A DNA stretch of 64,000 bases, taken from the NCBI GenBank assembly GCA_964291285.2, contig OZ219787.1, positions 1,920,001 to 1,984,000 on the forward strand, written 5' to 3'. Every line of letters starts with the position of its first letter. Position 1 is the first letter of the stretch. The DNA is from Alphaproteobacteria bacterium (GTDB taxonomy: Bacteria > Pseudomonadota > Alphaproteobacteria > Bin95). Positions 61,860 through 64,000 of this stretch are shown here, in pieces. The position numbers and the translations under genes were made by a program. Below the pieces are notes generated by a model, which worked only from the letters and a program-made list of their open reading frames with translations, did no database searches and was not told where the DNA came from.

Positions 61860-63902
61860 ATGCGATACCGCATCGGCGTCGATGTCGGGGGCACATTCAC
61901 GGACCTGATGGTGCTGGATGCCGAGACCGGCGAAGTCCATGCGCTCAAGACCCCGACCACGCCGGCGGACCCCTCCGAGGGGCTGCTCGCCGGCATAGCC
62001 GAAGCGAAGGAACGCCTCGGCTTCGAGCCGGGGGAGGTCGGGTTCATCCTGCATGGCACGACCATCGCCACCAATGCCGTGCTGGAGCGCAAGCTGCCGG
62101 AAGGTGCGCTGATCGCCAACAGGGGCTTCGCCGATGTGCTGGAGATCGGCCGGCATGTCCGCCGCGAGCCCTATACGCTGAAACCGACGCCCCAGACGGT
62201 GCTGGTGCCTCGCGACAGGCGCTACGGCATCGAAGGGCGGATGCGCTGGGACGGCAGCGAGGAGGTGCCGCTCGACGAGAAGGCCGTAGCCGGCATTGCG
62301 CGCGAGATATCGGAAGCGGGCATCGGCGCCGTCGCCGTCGCGTTCCTGCATGCCTATCGCGACCCCGTGCATGAGCGCCGCGTGGAGGACATACTGACCG
62401 AGGCGGCGCCCGGCATTCCGGTGTCGCTGTCCTCCGACGTGAGCCCGGAAATTCGCGAGTTCGAGCGGGCTTCGACCACGGTGCTCAACGCCCTGCTCGT
62501 GCCGGTGGTGAATGACTATCTGGCGCGGCTGGAAGCGCGGCTCCGGGAGGCCAGGCTTTCGGCGCGGCTCTATCTCGTGCAGTCCAATGGAGGGGTGACG
62601 ACGCCGTCCCAGGCCGCGCGGCTGCCTGTCCGCCTGCTGCTCTCCGGCCCTTCGGGCGGGGCCATGGCGGCGGCGGACCTCTCGGGAACGCTCGGGCGGC
62701 CCGACCTCGTGGCGGTCGATATGGGCGGCACCAGCTTCGATGTGTCGGTGGTCCGGGGCGGCGAGAGCACGGTCGTGACGGAAGGCGAGATCGACGGCCT
62801 GCCGGTGCGCCTGCCGATGGTGGAGATGCGCACCATCGGCGCGGGCGGTGGCTCCATCGCCTCCGTGGCACCCGGCGGAGCGCTCAGCGTCGGACCGGCC
62901 AGCGCGGGCGCCGACCCGGGACCGGCGGCTTACGGGAAGGGCGGCGCCGAGCCGACCGTGACTGACGCCAATATCGTGCTCGGCCGGCTGGACCCGAATT
63001 TCTTCCTCGGCGGCGCGCTGAAGCTCGATGCGGGCCTCGCTCGGGCCGCCGTGGCGGAGCGGGTGGCAGGTCCGCTCGGGCTCGGCGTGGAGGAAGCCGC
63101 CGAAGGCATTCTCGCCGTCGTCAACGCGCATATGGCGTCCGCGATCAAGCTCAGCCTGTTCGAGAAGGGCGCGGACCCCCGCGACTTCGCCATCGCCGCC
63201 TTCGGAGGGGCAGGCGGCCTGCATGCCGTGAGCCTCGCGGAGGAGCTGGAAATGGCTGAGGTGGTGTTCCCGCGAGACCCCGGCACCTTCTCGGCGCGCG
63301 GCATACTGACGGCCGACATTGCCCATGACGTGGCGCGCTCGCGCCTGCTGGATGCGGCGGAGAGCGCGCTGCCGGTTTTGGCTGAACTTGCGGCGGAACT
63401 GGCCGGGGAAGGCCATGCGCTGCTCGCCGCCGACCGCATTGCCGGGGACGCGCGCCGGATCCGTCTGGCGGCCGACATGCGCTATCGCGGCCAAGCTTAT
63501 GAACTTCTGGTTCCCTGGGGCGACGTGCGGCCCGACAAGCGGTCTCTCGCCCGCCTCGTCGCCGATTTCCACGACCTGCATCAGGCACGCTATGCGCATT
63601 CCGACCGTGAAGCGCCGGTCGAGATCGTCACCTTGCGCGCAACCGCCAGGGGCCTGCTGCCCAAGCCAGCCATAGCGCCGCCTGCCGCAATGGATGCCGG
63701 GCCGAAGGGCGAACGGCGCGTCTGGATCGCGGGAGGCTGGCGCGACGTGCCGGTTTATGACCGCGACCGCCTGCCGGAGGCGGTCGAGGGGCCTGTCATC
63801 GTCGAGGAAGCCCATGCGACGCTTCTGGTGCCGCCGGGATGGCGTCTGGCAATGTCGTCCGGCGGCCATCTGGTCGCGCGGCGCGGGGGAGAAGGCGCAT
63901 GA
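61860..63902 (+). CDS. Hydantoinase/oxoprolinase subunit A
   Basis: GVDVGGTFTD, HGTT.ATN, SGPSGG, DMGGTS.D and AFGGAG.LH. Confidence 0.94.
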   Translation: MRYRIGVDVGGTFTDLMVLDAETGEVHALKTPTTPADPSEGLLAGIAEAKERLGFEPGEVGFILHGTTIATNAVLERKLPEGALIANRGFADVLEIGRHVRREPYTLKPTPQTVLVPRDRRYGIEGRMRWDGSEEVPLDEKAVAGIAREISEAGIGAVAVAFLHAYRDPVHERRVEDILTEAAPGIPVSLSSDVSPEIREFERASTTVLNALLVPVVNDYLARLEARLREARLSARLYLVQSNGGVTTPSQAARLPVRLLLSGPSGGAMAAADLSGTLGRPDLVAVDMGGTSFDVSVVRGGESTVVTEGEIDGLPVRLPMVEMRTIGAGGGSIASVAPGGALSVGPASAGADPGPAAYGKGGAEPTVTDANIVLGRLDPNFFLGGALKLDAGLARAAVAERVAGPLGLGVEEAAEGILAVVNAHMASAIKLSLFEKGADPRDFAIAAFGGAGGLHAVSLAEELEMAEVVFPRDPGTFSARGILTADIAHDVARSRLLDAAESALPVLAELAAELAGEGHALLAADRIAGDARRIRLAADMRYRGQAYELLVPWGDVRPDKRSLARLVADFHDLHQARYAHSDREAPVEIVTLRATARGLLPKPAIAPPAAMDAGPKGERRVWIAGGWRDVPVYDRDRLPEAVEGPVIVEEAHATLLVPPGWRLAMSSGGHLVARRGGEGA

Positions 63903-64000
63903 CCGATCTGAGCCCCATCGATATCGAGATCATCCGCAACGCGCTGGTCGCGGCGGCGGAAGACATGAACGTGACCATCTGGCGCACGGCCCGTTCCACG
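63899..64000 (+). CDS. Hydantoinase B/oxoprolinase (5' part, runs off the window)
   Basis: ATGA overlap with subunit A; MTDLSPIDIEIIRNALVAAAEDMNVTIWRTARS. Confidence 0.82.
   Translation, partial: MTDLSPIDIEIIRNALVAAAEDMNVTIWRTARST

Overview
High-GC (roughly 68-70% by eye) alphaproteobacterial chromosome segment, Rhodospirillales-like by gene order. The backbone is housekeeping: murA-DUF2948-hisG-hisD-UPF0262-LMW phosphatase-maf-rng-yacG, tRNA-Thr, ccr/prpE/gcdH, uvrB, cysK/cysE, a Cpx-like two-component system, tRNA-Ala, aroA-cmk-rpsA-sppA-ihfB-lapA-trpFBA-accD-folC and tsaE-amgK-murU-addBA-trxA, plus catabolic genes. Two accessory patches interrupt it: about 24.9-31.2 kb (IS630-type HTH, FitA/VapC-DUF3775 TA pair, TauE, RqlH/RqlI-like RecQ-PRTase + DprA) and about 45.75-47.9 kb (IS630-type HTH, Uma2 nuclease, HigBA). 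The most unusual signals are non-coding. (i) Three intergenic modules share an AT-rich promoter motif. One drives a highly structured ~250-nt leader, a short ORF and a 10-bp-phased CATGACA array that recurs at the window start. The other two sit beside intact stand-alone IS630-derived HTH genes that lack a DDE partner and have LexA-like boxes. (ii) The native murA slot holds an Asp-type (Cys115->Asp), actinobacterial/chlamydial-like MurA. All calls come from reading the sequence and ORF track; no searches were run.
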